From an uncultured delta proteobacterium (GTDB taxonomy: Bacteria; Desulfobacterota; Syntrophobacteria; BM002), in the NCBI GenBank assembly GCA_963712115.1, contig CAVQGX010000032.1, forward strand, positions 64,001-128,000: a stretch of 64,000 nt of DNA, written 5' to 3'. The notes beneath the pieces are model-generated. The model saw only the letters and a program-made list of their open reading frames with translations, did not search any database and was not told the DNA's origin. Position numbers and translations under genes: made by a program. Shown piece by piece: positions 27,201 through 36,321 of the stretch (positions are counted from its first letter, which is position 1; each line of letters starts with the position of its first letter).

Positions 27201-27856
27201 TGGTAACCCGCCAAGCACAACGACGTTTACTGGCCCTTATGGATTTCACTGAACTTGGATCCGGTTTCAAGATAGCTATGAACGACCTTCAGATCCGAGG
27301 TGCTGGTAATATTCTTGGTGCCGCCCAATCCGGACATATTGCCGCAGTCGGTTATGAGATGTACGTCCATCTGATGGAGAAGGCCATCGCCCAACTCAAA
27401 GGGGAAACCCCCAGGGAGCCGGTTGAGCCCGAAATTCACCTAAACCTGGCAGCCCATCTGCCTGAAACATATATCACCAGTAGCGGTCAGCGGTTGACTA
27501 CCTATAAGCGACTCGCCTCTGCCGGCCATGAAAGTGGCCTCGCTGACCTGGAAGAGGAACTGCGGGATCGGTTTGGTCCCCTGCCTGAGGAGGCCTCTCA
27601 TCTGTTATCCCTGCTCAGACTGAAGCTGCTCTTAAGAAAACTATGGATAAAACAGCTAGATAGTGTAAATGGCGAGTTTATCCTTACTTTTGCCGAAAAC
27701 CCAGAAATAGATTTAACCAGACTCACTCGACTAATTGCAGCTGAGCCCAAACGTTTGCGTCTCACTCCCGAATACCGTCTCTATTTCAAAAGTCACTCCC
27801 CTAATGTGGTGGAATCCATCACCGAACTCAAAAAGCTCTTGCACAACTTGGTGTAA
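24290..27856 (+). CDS. mfd: Transcription-repair coupling factor
   Basis: CarD-like VHLDHGIG, GDVGFGKT, VDEEHRFGV, TATPIPRT, QLRGRVGR, TRCF C-terminus. Confidence 0.98.
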   Translation: MEQGEQQNKTKLDDDWQQLFGGSRLEDLHSAVAGARQTIFAQGLSRWALCYGLARLLPRFKRTVLLITPSPKQAWEAHQSLSFFLGLSESWTGDPLECPLWHFPAANRRMAAEPFVAPDVQGQRLAVLYAAAATNRPKIIITSAQAIMEKVLPRRHCMDASRYLVKGEEVRREEFISHLTSMGYYRTDLVEEVGDLSVRGDIIDLFSPLYHRPLRLEFFDETIESIRFFNPSNQRSSEPLEDVVIVPAHEILLNDSSKERASSSLKLAWEKEGQFRRDLELWLDRVGNSGHFPGIEQLLPLYYEKLETLFHYLSPSTLVVLSNSGEIKKTMAELLEQADLDRDFACQNSRWTPSPETYLLDVSEIETSLEPFPQILQSSLPVEHGYEQKSSEVLNFRLGDHRGLQRKIQDHQQRQRLLEPLAQRLQQWQKSGISPFLVCRTAEQGRRFEKLLTDYGVDAHFSSEPFGQLSFRAPVTKIVVGRLPFGFIWPDEALAVVTETELYGEKPRRHSVRPPEIGSFLGSFADLQLDDFVVHLDHGIGVYKGLLHLKINEHSNDFLFLEYQDGDLLYLPVDRLDRVQKYIGVEGYQPRVDKLGGQRWASTRKRVQDSIQKIAQELLHIYALRQIKEATTFSPPDSSFREFEATFPYEETQDQQAAIEDVLADMQQDKCMDRLICGDVGFGKTEVALRAAFKAVMDGKQVAILVPTTVLAEQHYLTFKQRLDGYPVFLEVLSRFKVRSEQKKILADLQNGLVDIVIGTHRLLQPDVNFKSLGLLVVDEEHRFGVRHKERIKQLRAEVDVLTLTATPIPRTLHMSLIGIKDLSVIDTPPQDRRAIATRICSFDDLVVKEGVLKEKARGGQVFFVHNNIKTIYRIANHLQELIPEVTVAVAHGQLRERELEKVMLDFIHHRIDVLVCTTIIESGLDIPAANTIFINRADKFGLGQIYQLRGRVGRSSEQAHAYLLIPGEHLVTRQAQRRLLALMDFTELGSGFKIAMNDLQIRGAGNILGAAQSGHIAAVGYEMYVHLMEKAIAQLKGETPREPVEPEIHLNLAAHLPETYITSSGQRLTTYKRLASAGHESGLADLEEELRDRFGPLPEEASHLLSLLRLKLLLRKLWIKQLDSVNGEFILTFAENPEIDLTRLTRLIAAEPKRLRLTPEYRLYFKSHSPNVVESITELKKLLHNLV

Positions 27857-27933
27857 AGTGTTATCAATTTAAATTTACCAGTTTTTGTTTTGAGGTCGGG
27901 TAGTTAGCTCAACTTAACCGACGTTGTCTTGCA

Positions 27934-28920
27934 ATGGAAATAGGCTGGAAAAATTGGCTCATCAGTGTGTGGCTTTCTCTCCTTGCCGGGGTTGTCTTGA
28001 CTCTTTCCCCATCTGGGGCAGAGGTAGTAGACCGAATTATCGCTTACGTCAATGACGATATCATCACCTTGAGCGAGCTTAATGAGAGAACAAATGCCTT
28101 TGTGGCTGCCCGCCGCCAAAATCCCTTTCTCCGCGAGCAAGAGCAGTCTTTGGAGGAGATTCGTCGCAGTATGCTCGATCTTCTCATCAACGAACGGTTG
28201 GCCGCCCAAGAGATTTCCCGCTTGAAGATCAGTGTGAGTGACGAGGAAGTGGATGGAGCCATTGACAGGATCATGCGGGAAAATCGCCTCACTCAGGAGA
28301 CTCTGGCAGCCGAGCTTCGCAAAGATGGAAAAACAGTCGAAGATCTTCGCAAGCAAATCAAGGCAAGTATGGAACAGACAAGGTTAGTCAACCGTGAGGT
28401 GAGAAGTAAGACCATAATCACCGATGAAATGATTCAGGCTTACTATGAGGACCATATAGAGGAATTCGAAAGGAAGGAACGCTGGCGTATCCAGGACATC
28501 TACCTGCCCTTCACCCCCACTGACACCCCCGAGGAGCGCACTCATTTGCGCAATGTGGCCAAACAGATCTTGGAACGCTTGCGGTCGGAAGGCGATTTTA
28601 GCTCATTGGCCAAGCGCTATAGCCAAGGCCCCGGAGCGGAGGCTGGAGGTGACCTGGGTTTCTTTTCTAAGGGCGAACTCGAGCCCGTGCTAGAGGCAGC
28701 AATTGAGGCCTTAAACCCTGGCGAAGTTAGCCCGGACATTGAAACCACTAGAGGAATACACATTATTAAACTCAAGGAGGTGGACAAAGCCCCCGCCAAG
28801 CCGTTGGAAGAGGTTGAGGGGACTATTAGGGACTTGCTTTTCGGAAGAGAAGTGGACTTCAGGTACAGGGAGTGGCTGAGCGGCCTGCGAGAACGCTCCT
28901 ATGTGAGGATTGTCTACTAG
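27934..28920 (+). CDS. surA: SurA/PpiC-type peptidyl-prolyl isomerase
   Basis: VDRIIAYVNDDIITLSEL, FSSLAKRYSQGP..GGDLGF; signal peptide. Confidence 0.85.
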   Translation: MEIGWKNWLISVWLSLLAGVVLTLSPSGAEVVDRIIAYVNDDIITLSELNERTNAFVAARRQNPFLREQEQSLEEIRRSMLDLLINERLAAQEISRLKISVSDEEVDGAIDRIMRENRLTQETLAAELRKDGKTVEDLRKQIKASMEQTRLVNREVRSKTIITDEMIQAYYEDHIEEFERKERWRIQDIYLPFTPTDTPEERTHLRNVAKQILERLRSEGDFSSLAKRYSQGPGAEAGGDLGFFSKGELEPVLEAAIEALNPGEVSPDIETTRGIHIIKLKEVDKAPAKPLEEVEGTIRDLLFGREVDFRYREWLSGLRERSYVRIVY

Positions 28921-28993
28921 ATGATCATTGATGCAATTGGGGACGATGACTGCAGCATCAAAGCCCGCGCCTTCTGCTTTTCGGAGTAGCTAC

Positions 28994-30292
28994 ATGACTC
29001 AAATTACAACCATTGACAAAGTTGGCGAGTTCGTTGGCCAGACGGTGACCATACGTGGCTGGCTTTACAATAAGCGCTCGAGCGGCAAAATCCGTTTCCT
29101 TTTGATCCGTGACGGCACCGGAGTCATCCAGTCTGTGGTGGTGAAAAATGAGTTGGCGCCAGAGGCTTTTTCCGCCACTGAAATCCTAACGCAAGAATCC
29201 TCCTTAGAGGTCAGCGGTACGGTACGTGCCGATGGTCGAGCTCCAGGCGGTTATGAGTTGCAGGTGAGCGATATGCGGGTCATCCAGGTGGCTGAAGATT
29301 ATCCCATCAGTCCCAAGGAACACGGACCTTCTTTTCTATTGGACCATCGTCATCTCTGGCTTCGCTCCTCTAAACAACACGCCATCTTGCGCATCCGGAG
29401 CCACGTTATCCAAGAAGCTCAAGCCTATCTTAACCGCGAGGGTTTCGTCCTTTTCGATGCTCCCATCCTCACACCTACTTCATGTGAAGGTACCAGCACT
29501 CTTTTCGAGACAGATTATTTCTACGGTGAAAAGGCCTATCTCTCTCAAAGCGGCCAGCTTTATGCCGAGGCCGGTGCCATGGCTTTTGGCAAGGTCTACA
29601 CTTTGGGCCCCACATTTAGAGCGGAGAAATCCAAAACCCGTAGACATTTGACCGAGTTTTGGATGTTGGAGCCAGAAGTGGCCTTCGCCGAATTGGAAGA
29701 CATTCTCTCGCTGGCAGAAGAACTGGTAACCCATCTGGTCCATTCTGTCCTGACTAACAGAGGCGAGGAACTCAAAGTTTTAGAGCGTGACCTAACAAAA
29801 CTGCAGTCAGTGGTGCCTCCATTTCCCCGTATAACCTATGAACAAGCTTTGAATCTGTTAAGGGAGAAAGGTATTTCCCACAATTGGGGTGATGATTTTG
29901 GCGCCACCGAAGATACTCTTATCTCAGAGCAGTTTGATCGCCCTGTAATGATCACTCACTACCCCCTGCAAACAAAAGCCTTTTATATGAAGAGCGATCC
30001 CCAAAAACCTGACCTGGCACTTTGTCTTGATGTGCTCGCACCTGAGGGTTATGGGGAGATTATCGGCGGCTCTCAGAGGGAGGATGACTATGATAAACTT
30101 TTGGAGAGGCTGGTGCAGCACAACCTTCCCCGGGAGTCCTTTGAATGGTATCTCGATCTAAGGCGCTACGGCTCGGTACCCCATTCAGGCTTTGGGCTTG
30201 GAATAGAACGAACCATTGGCTGGATCTGTGGCATTAAGCATTTACGGGAGACTATTCCCTTTCCGAGGCTCTTGCAGCGCATCTACCCCTAG
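28994..30292 (+). CDS. asnS: Asparagine--tRNA ligase
   Basis: [48 protein letters not shown]; start after GGAG. Confidence 0.95.
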   Translation: MTQITTIDKVGEFVGQTVTIRGWLYNKRSSGKIRFLLIRDGTGVIQSVVVKNELAPEAFSATEILTQESSLEVSGTVRADGRAPGGYELQVSDMRVIQVAEDYPISPKEHGPSFLLDHRHLWLRSSKQHAILRIRSHVIQEAQAYLNREGFVLFDAPILTPTSCEGTSTLFETDYFYGEKAYLSQSGQLYAEAGAMAFGKVYTLGPTFRAEKSKTRRHLTEFWMLEPEVAFAELEDILSLAEELVTHLVHSVLTNRGEELKVLERDLTKLQSVVPPFPRITYEQALNLLREKGISHNWGDDFGATEDTLISEQFDRPVMITHYPLQTKAFYMKSDPQKPDLALCLDVLAPEGYGEIIGGSQREDDYDKLLERLVQHNLPRESFEWYLDLRRYGSVPHSGFGLGIERTIGWICGIKHLRETIPFPRLLQRIYP

Positions 30293-30496
30293 CCAGAGAC
30301 TGGTGCAACCCGGCTATTGAGATAAAAAAACCACAGCAGAGGAAAAATCCCAAATCCGAACCCGGGGCCCCGCCCAAAAAGTGGGAACTCCAAAGGAGAA
30401 TTTAAAATTTTGAATTTAGCAGCCGCTAAGTTGCTCTGTGTTCTCTGTTGTTAGAGCGGTTTGAGTATTGCTTTCACCGTAACAGGTGGTGAGGTC

Positions 30497-31363
30497 ATGA
30501 AAAGGCTCGGTGAATTCCTGCGAGGAGAGCGGCAGGCACGAGGAATAAGTCTGCAACAAATAGCTGCCGATACCAGAATCAGCATGAAAATGCTTCAGGC
30601 CATCGAGGAGGGGGATACCGAGCAGCTCCCCGCCCCTGTCCTCATCAAGGGGTTTCTCAGGGCCTATGCCAAGAGGATTGGTCTTGACCCGGAAGATGTG
30701 ATTGTTGAATACCAAGATCTTATCGAGGAATTGGGTGCCCGTCAGGAAGCAATTGAGAAGTTTCACCAAAGGCTACACCCCAAATCCTCCAAGAAAAAGT
30801 TCTTTGCTTTATTTTTAGCCCTTGGGCTCTTTGCGGGTTTGGCACTCATCTGGTCCCACGCCAGCCATGAGCGGCGTCAGCCCAAGACTCCCGCAGAAGG
30901 AAAATCGCTCTCCTCAGTGGAAGTTAGGCAGAAAACTACAAGAGCTGATTTAGCTTCTGAGCTCAATGAGAGACAGACGTCTGAAGTCGGTACCAAGACT
31001 GCTGAGAAGACCGAGGCTGAAGCAGAAACCAAGAGCTCTCAGCCAAGCGTCAAGGAAGCAACTGTTGAATCACTCCCCACACCATTCGTGCTCAGGGTTG
31101 AGGCATTAGAAAGGACCTGGCTTCGTATCATCATTGATGGAAGCCGCGAGCGCGAGTACTTACTCCAGACGGGTGAGCAACTGACCTGGATACCAAGATC
31201 AGAGGTGAAGCTGCTTGTAGGGAACGCTGGCGGAATCAGGCTCTTTCTGAACGACAATCCCTTGAAACCCTTAGGGGAAAGCGGCAAGGTTGTCCGGCTG
31301 GAACTGCCTGATCCCTCTCTGATCTTTCAAGCCGATTTCGAGGGGACCGATTCAGGGAACTGA
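30497..31363 (+). CDS. rodZ: RodZ-like helix-turn-helix membrane protein
   Basis: GEFLRGERQARGISL..IEEG..KGFLRAYAK, single TM segment, C-terminal VGNAGG. Confidence 0.85.
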   Translation: MKRLGEFLRGERQARGISLQQIAADTRISMKMLQAIEEGDTEQLPAPVLIKGFLRAYAKRIGLDPEDVIVEYQDLIEELGARQEAIEKFHQRLHPKSSKKKFFALFLALGLFAGLALIWSHASHERRQPKTPAEGKSLSSVEVRQKTTRADLASELNERQTSEVGTKTAEKTEAEAETKSSQPSVKEATVESLPTPFVLRVEALERTWLRIIIDGSREREYLLQTGEQLTWIPRSEVKLLVGNAGGIRLFLNDNPLKPLGESGKVVRLELPDPSLIFQADFEGTDSGN

Positions 31364-31365
31364 CA

Positions 31366-32148
31366 ATGACTATTCGCCAGGATGAGGCGGTCATTCTCCG
31401 CACCAGGGACTACCGCGAATCGGACCGTTTGATTACATTCTTCAGCAGGAGCCAGGGGCAACTCACCGGTATCGCCAAAGGAGCACGGCGCAGTAAGAAA
31501 CGTTTCGTCCACACCCTAGAACCCCTTTCCCACGTCCTGATCACCTATGCAGACAGATCATCCTCTGGGCTAGTGCGCATCGATGCCAGCGAGCTCAGAA
31601 ACGGTTTCATTGAACTCCGCAGCGACATTGCACGTTTAGGCTATGCCAGTCTCAGCTGTGAGGTTGTGCTGGAAATGTCACCGGAACGTCAGGCCAATCC
31701 CACCCTTTTTGTCTTGCTTAATCAATACCTCAAACAGCTGGAGGGAAAAGGGGAGCCTGAAAATTCCTCCTTTTTATTCCTCCTGCGGATGCTGAGCCTG
31801 AGCGGCTATGCTCCAAATCTACAGACATGCCTTCGCTGCGGCCGAGATTCGACTGCTGGTCAGGGCTGGTATTTCTCCATTTCCCAGGGAGGGCTACTCT
31901 GCGGAAATCACCGCCCAGGGGGAAAGGTGTATCAAGTCTCCTTGGGTACAATTATGCTGCTGAGGCAAGCACAACAGCTCCCCCTCGCCAAAGTCTGGCG
32001 CCTGAGATTTCATCGTAAATCCCGGGATGAATGTCGTTTTCTTCTCTTAGACCTTGTCCGACATCATTTAGAGAAAGATCTCAAGTCTCTGAGGCTTCTC
32101 CATCAGATAGGTGCATTAGAATCAACCAACAATTCTGCCAATCCCTAG
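31366..32148 (+). CDS. recO: DNA repair protein RecO
   Basis: YRESDRLITFF, AKGARRS, GYAPNLQTCLRCG zinc finger. Confidence 0.93.
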   Translation: MTIRQDEAVILRTRDYRESDRLITFFSRSQGQLTGIAKGARRSKKRFVHTLEPLSHVLITYADRSSSGLVRIDASELRNGFIELRSDIARLGYASLSCEVVLEMSPERQANPTLFVLLNQYLKQLEGKGEPENSSFLFLLRMLSLSGYAPNLQTCLRCGRDSTAGQGWYFSISQGGLLCGNHRPGGKVYQVSLGTIMLLRQAQQLPLAKVWRLRFHRKSRDECRFLLLDLVRHHLEKDLKSLRLLHQIGALESTNNSANP

Positions 32149-32221
32149 CCTGCCAACATACAAGGCGGTTTACCCTTGGTGTGCAAAGAAAGCGGCCTTG
32201 CTGATCTCTCTTCTGTCGTTC

Positions 32222-32253
32222 CCTCCGGGGCGTAGGCCCCTATGGGCCGGAGG
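32222..32253. repeat. Small GC-rich hairpin (CCTCCGG...CCGGAGG)
   Basis: cctccggggcgtaggcccctatgggccggagg. Confidence 0.6.
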
Positions 32254-32259
32254 CCAGGG

Positions 32260-32545
32260 CTCATCCGTCTGCGGCGGAGTCACTTCTTGCCCGTCTGCAG
32301 CCGGGAAAGTGGCACAGACCTTCCGCAGTCACTCAGAAGAGACATCAGCAAAGGCCAAAAGGGGAAGCTGCCAAACAACGAGCATCTGAGCAACCTTTCT
32401 TTACGAATCTCAGCCTCGATGGGGCCTGCATGAAGATGTGGTGCTTCCTAAACAGGTACTCTGCCAATAAATGGCGCGAATATGATCGTTGTGGAGTAGC
32501 TTCCCCGTGGCCCAAGTCACAGGACTATTTTGGGGGAAACTCCTG
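32260..32545. mobile_element. Family C MITE-like element, distal end not recognisable
   Basis: Reverse complement aligns to 58951-59264 over about 240 bp; ends ...ttttgggggaaactcctg. Confidence 0.88.
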
Positions 32546-32557
32546 TGGACAATAGGC

Positions 32558-32586
32558 TTGACAGACAACCGGCAGCAAGGTAATTT
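32558..32586 (+). promoter_or_regulatory. Sigma-70 promoter of glyQS
   Basis: TTGACA-17 bp-TAATTT. Confidence 0.75.
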
Positions 32587-32630
32587 AGCCACTTGACCTA
32601 TATCCCCATCTTCTCTTTAAGGAGTCTCCC

Positions 32631-33512
32631 ATGACATTTCAGGAATTGATTTTAGCTATTGAGAAATATTGGCACGATTACGGTTGTATCATTCAACAGC
32701 CTTATGATATCGAAGTAGGCGCCGGCACTTTCAACCCGGCCACCTTGCTCAGATGTCTTGGTCCCGAACCTTACAATGTCGCCTACGTAGAACCCTCTCG
32801 CCGGCCCACTGACGGACGTTACGGCGAAAATCCCAACCGCCTCCAGCACTACTACCAGTATCAGGTAATACTCAAGCCATCTCCCATGGATCTACAGGAA
32901 CTGTACCTGGAAAGTCTGAGGACCTTCGGCATCGATCCATTGGACCATGATATTCGCTTTGTGGAGGACGATTGGGAATCACCCACCCTCGGCGCCTCAG
33001 GACTTGGTTGGGAGGTCTGGCTGGACGGCATGGAAATCACCCAGTTCACTTACTTCCAGCATGCCGGAGGTATGCCACTGGATCCCATCTCTGGAGAACT
33101 CACTTATGGCATCGAACGGATCGCCATGTACCTCCAGGGAGTGGACAACATCTTTGACCTGAAATGGAACGATGAGATCACTTATGGAGATGTCCATCAT
33201 AAATGGGAAGTGGAGTTTTCCTACTATAATTTCGACGAAGCAGATGTGGACATGCTTTTTAAGCTCTTCAACATGTATGAGGCCGAGTCCATCCGAATGA
33301 GTGAGCGTAAATTGGTACTGCCAACCTATGACTATTGTCTCAAGTGTTCACATACATTCAACTTGTTGGATGCCCGTGGAGCCATCAGTGTGGCCGAGCG
33401 CACCAACTACATAGGTAGAGTGCGAAATTTAGCTCGACTTGCAGCGAAGGGTTACCTGGAGCAGCGTGAGGAGATGGGTTATCCCTTGTTGAACCGCTGG
33501 AAAAACAAATAA
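32631..33512 (+). CDS. glyQ: Glycine--tRNA ligase alpha subunit
   Basis: [43 protein letters not shown]. Confidence 0.99.
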   Translation: MTFQELILAIEKYWHDYGCIIQQPYDIEVGAGTFNPATLLRCLGPEPYNVAYVEPSRRPTDGRYGENPNRLQHYYQYQVILKPSPMDLQELYLESLRTFGIDPLDHDIRFVEDDWESPTLGASGLGWEVWLDGMEITQFTYFQHAGGMPLDPISGELTYGIERIAMYLQGVDNIFDLKWNDEITYGDVHHKWEVEFSYYNFDEADVDMLFKLFNMYEAESIRMSERKLVLPTYDYCLKCSHTFNLLDARGAISVAERTNYIGRVRNLARLAAKGYLEQREEMGYPLLNRWKNK

Positions 33513-33575
33513 AAGAGAATTACAGATACAGTTTCTCCTATTCACTGAGGTTGAAACGAAATCGAGGGAGACTTT

Positions 33576-35642
33576 ATGGCTAGTGACTTTTTCTTAGAGA
33601 TCGGAACCGAGGAAATTCCAGCCAGTTACATCCAACCAGCTCTGGATGCCATGGCTACCATGATCAGCAAATTCCTGTCGGCTAGGCGGATTGACCACGG
33701 AACCATCCGGACCATGGCTACCCCAAGACGCTTGGTCTGGGTGATCAAAGATGTGGCCGAAAAACAAGAAGCCCAAACTGTTGAAATCACTGGCCCGCCT
33801 AAGGATGTCGCCTTTGACGAGGCAGGCAATCCCACCCAGGCCGCTGTCGGATTTGCTAAATCCCAGGGGGTGAGGCCGGAAGAACTTCAGGTGAAGCAAA
33901 CCAGTAGGGGTGAGTATGTGATAGTTAGCCGCCACGAGGCTGGAGCCTCCACCGCTGAACTCTTGAGTGGAGTTCTTACAGATCTGATCGGAAATATTCC
34001 CTTTCCCAAGTCTATGCGCTGGGGTGACTTGAAAGTCACCTTTGCCCGACCAATACACTGGATAGTTGCCCTATTGGGCCAAGAGGTGGTCCCCTTCACT
34101 TATGGCAACGTCACAAGCGGCAGCACCTCTTACGGACACCGCTTCATGAGCCCCGGCCCATTCGAGGTTACTGAGATTAAAGGCTATATGGATGGACTGC
34201 GCGAACGGTTTGTAATCGTAGACATCGAGGAGCGGAGGGAACGAATACAACAGATTGTTGCTGCCTGCGCCAAGGAAAAGGACGGCCATATCCGTGAGGA
34301 CGAAGATCTTTTGGCTGAGGTGGTTCAGTTGGCGGAATACCCCACTGCAGTGTGTGGCAGGATCGACCAGCACTACCTCGAGCTACCGCAGGAAGTTCTG
34401 ATTACTGCCATGCGAGCACACCAGAGGTACTTTGCAGTGCTGGACGATGCAGGTAAATTGATGCCCTATTTTGTCACGGTCAACAACACCTTGACCCGCG
34501 ACCCTCAAGTTGTAGCCTTGGGAAACGAACGAGTGCTCCGTGCCCGTCTTGAGGATGCCCGCTTCTATTACGTGGAGGATCAGAAGGTCTCCCTTGATGA
34601 CAGAGTTGAGGAGCTAAAGGAAGTAGTCTTTCACTCCAAGCTCGGGACATCTTACGAAAAGCTGGAGAGATTTAAAGCACTGGCTGAGTATATGGCTGAT
34701 CAGTTGGCACCGGACGACAAGGCCACAGTTAGCAGGGCTGCCTATTTGTGCAAGGCCGACCTGGTGACCGGTACTGTGGGTGAATTCCCTGAGTTGCAAG
34801 GAATCATGGGCCGGGCCTATGCTAAACTTGCCAAGGAAAACGAGGCAGTGGCAGAAGCCATTTACGAGCATTACTTGCCAACCCATGCGGGTGGCCAACT
34901 GCCAACCGGTATGGCTGGCTCCCTTGTGAGCATGGCTGACAAGTTGGACACTGTTGTTGGCTGTTTCGGTGTTGGTCAGATTCCGACTGGAACTGCTGAT
35001 CCCTTCGCTTTACGTCGCCAAGCCTTGGGAATTATTCGCATCATACTGGAAAAAGACCTCTCCATCTCTCTCTCTGACCTCATAAGCAGAGCCATTGACG
35101 GTTTGGACGGAAAGCTCACCGAGCCTGTTAAGCAGACCCATCAAGCCGTGCTTGAATTCTTCAAAAGGAGGTTGCAGCACTTCCTCATCGGCCAGGGACG
35201 CCCGCAAAATGTTGTGGACGCGGTACTTGCCCATCATCTCGATCCCCTGGTCGAGACCGTGGCAAAAATGAGGACATTGGAGACCTTCAAAGAACGAGAG
35301 GGCTTTGAACCCTTGCTGGGGACAGTCAAAAGAGTGGTCAACATCTTGAAGGAACCTGTTGATATGTCAGTAGATCCGCAGAGGTTCGTGAACCAAGCTG
35401 AGAAGGACTTGTACGAGAACCTGATTGCCTGTGAACAGGACCTAGAAAAGCCTCTGGCCTCTAGGGACTACGATGCTGTGTTGAACCGACTGAGTCAACT
35501 AAAAGCTCCAATAGATGGTTTCTTTGATGAGGTGTTGGTTCTGGACCAAGACTTGGCCTTGAGGCAGAACAGACTGGCTTTGCTCACTCGAATAGCAAAC
35601 CTTTTTCAACAAATGGCGGACTTCTCACGCATGGTCCTTTGA
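33576..35642 (+). CDS. glyS: Glycine--tRNA ligase beta subunit
   Basis: LEIGTEEIP, PKSMRW, GNERVLRARL, EFPELQG, DPFALRR. Confidence 0.98.
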   Translation: MASDFFLEIGTEEIPASYIQPALDAMATMISKFLSARRIDHGTIRTMATPRRLVWVIKDVAEKQEAQTVEITGPPKDVAFDEAGNPTQAAVGFAKSQGVRPEELQVKQTSRGEYVIVSRHEAGASTAELLSGVLTDLIGNIPFPKSMRWGDLKVTFARPIHWIVALLGQEVVPFTYGNVTSGSTSYGHRFMSPGPFEVTEIKGYMDGLRERFVIVDIEERRERIQQIVAACAKEKDGHIREDEDLLAEVVQLAEYPTAVCGRIDQHYLELPQEVLITAMRAHQRYFAVLDDAGKLMPYFVTVNNTLTRDPQVVALGNERVLRARLEDARFYYVEDQKVSLDDRVEELKEVVFHSKLGTSYEKLERFKALAEYMADQLAPDDKATVSRAAYLCKADLVTGTVGEFPELQGIMGRAYAKLAKENEAVAEAIYEHYLPTHAGGQLPTGMAGSLVSMADKLDTVVGCFGVGQIPTGTADPFALRRQALGIIRIILEKDLSISLSDLISRAIDGLDGKLTEPVKQTHQAVLEFFKRRLQHFLIGQGRPQNVVDAVLAHHLDPLVETVAKMRTLETFKEREGFEPLLGTVKRVVNILKEPVDMSVDPQRFVNQAEKDLYENLIACEQDLEKPLASRDYDAVLNRLSQLKAPIDGFFDEVLVLDQDLALRQNRLALLTRIANLFQQMADFSRMVL

Positions 35643-35758
35643 ACCTTGTATAGACAAACCTTTGGAGCTGGAAAGTTATTTTGTTCAGCCGAGGTATTTG
35701 TACCGGTTTTACCCTCACCTTTCCGCTGTCATTGGCCATGAAGCAGGAACAAGAAAAT

Positions 35759-35999
35759 CAGTAGTTTTTCCATCTTATCTATGGTTAACCATCGAGAGTT
35801 ACCCGGCAGGCCATAGCAGCTGCAGTCGCTCACCACCTGCATTAGCCAATACCACCCATAGGTAACAACTTTGCCATGCTCTGGGTAGCCGTCATTGGCT
35901 GATGACAGGGAAAGTCCAATTTCTGATTCCCTCCACTCCAGAGGCCCGTAGTCGAGCAAGTTTCCGGCCGGCCCCATTTTATTTATGGAGAAACTCCAG
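35759..35999. mobile_element. Family C-related MITE (shared TIRs, different interior, 241 bp)
   Basis: Right end tatttatggagaaactccag matches the Family C end at 17/20; left end cagtagtttttccat matches the distal TIR at 59363-59377 at 12/15. Confidence 0.6.
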
Positions 36000-36011
36000 A
36001 ATAAGAATCCC

Positions 36012-36040
36012 TTTACAAGGTTCTGCCTTTTTGTTAGCAT
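36012..36040 (+). promoter_or_regulatory. Sigma-70 promoter of smc-ftsY
   Basis: TTTACA-17 bp-TAGCAT with extended TG. Confidence 0.65.
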
Positions 36041-36054
36041 TCGTTGATTTTTGA

Positions 36055-36229
36055 ACCCGCATTATTAACCAAATGGTGTGACGAGACCGTGAAGCTGGCC
36101 TTGCCACCGGGCAATCACGGGGCTTTTACCCGAAGCTTACTCGAATAGTACATCGTAGGGTGCAAGGCCAGAGGACGGAAGGACGGACATATCCGCGGTC
36201 GCAGTAGGCGATTGCTGATTAATGCGGGT
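36055..36229 (+). mobile_element. Family A element, diverged copy (175 bp), in the smc leader
   Basis: TIR acccgcatta / taatgcgggt; shared motifs cgagaccg, tgccaccgggcaa, gaggacg, gaaggacgg, catatccgcggtcgcagta. Confidence 0.7.
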
Positions 36230-36321
36230 TGGAAGAGCTGGCCAATCCACCATGAAACCTAAAAACAGCCCACACCGGACAATCCGTTCGCACTCGGACC
36301 TGTCCTTTTTTCAACAGCCCC

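Noticed and set aside
35729-36040. 103-aa minus-strand ORF between glyS and smc
   Set aside because: Spans the TIR-bounded element and the smc promoter; no recognisable protein features.
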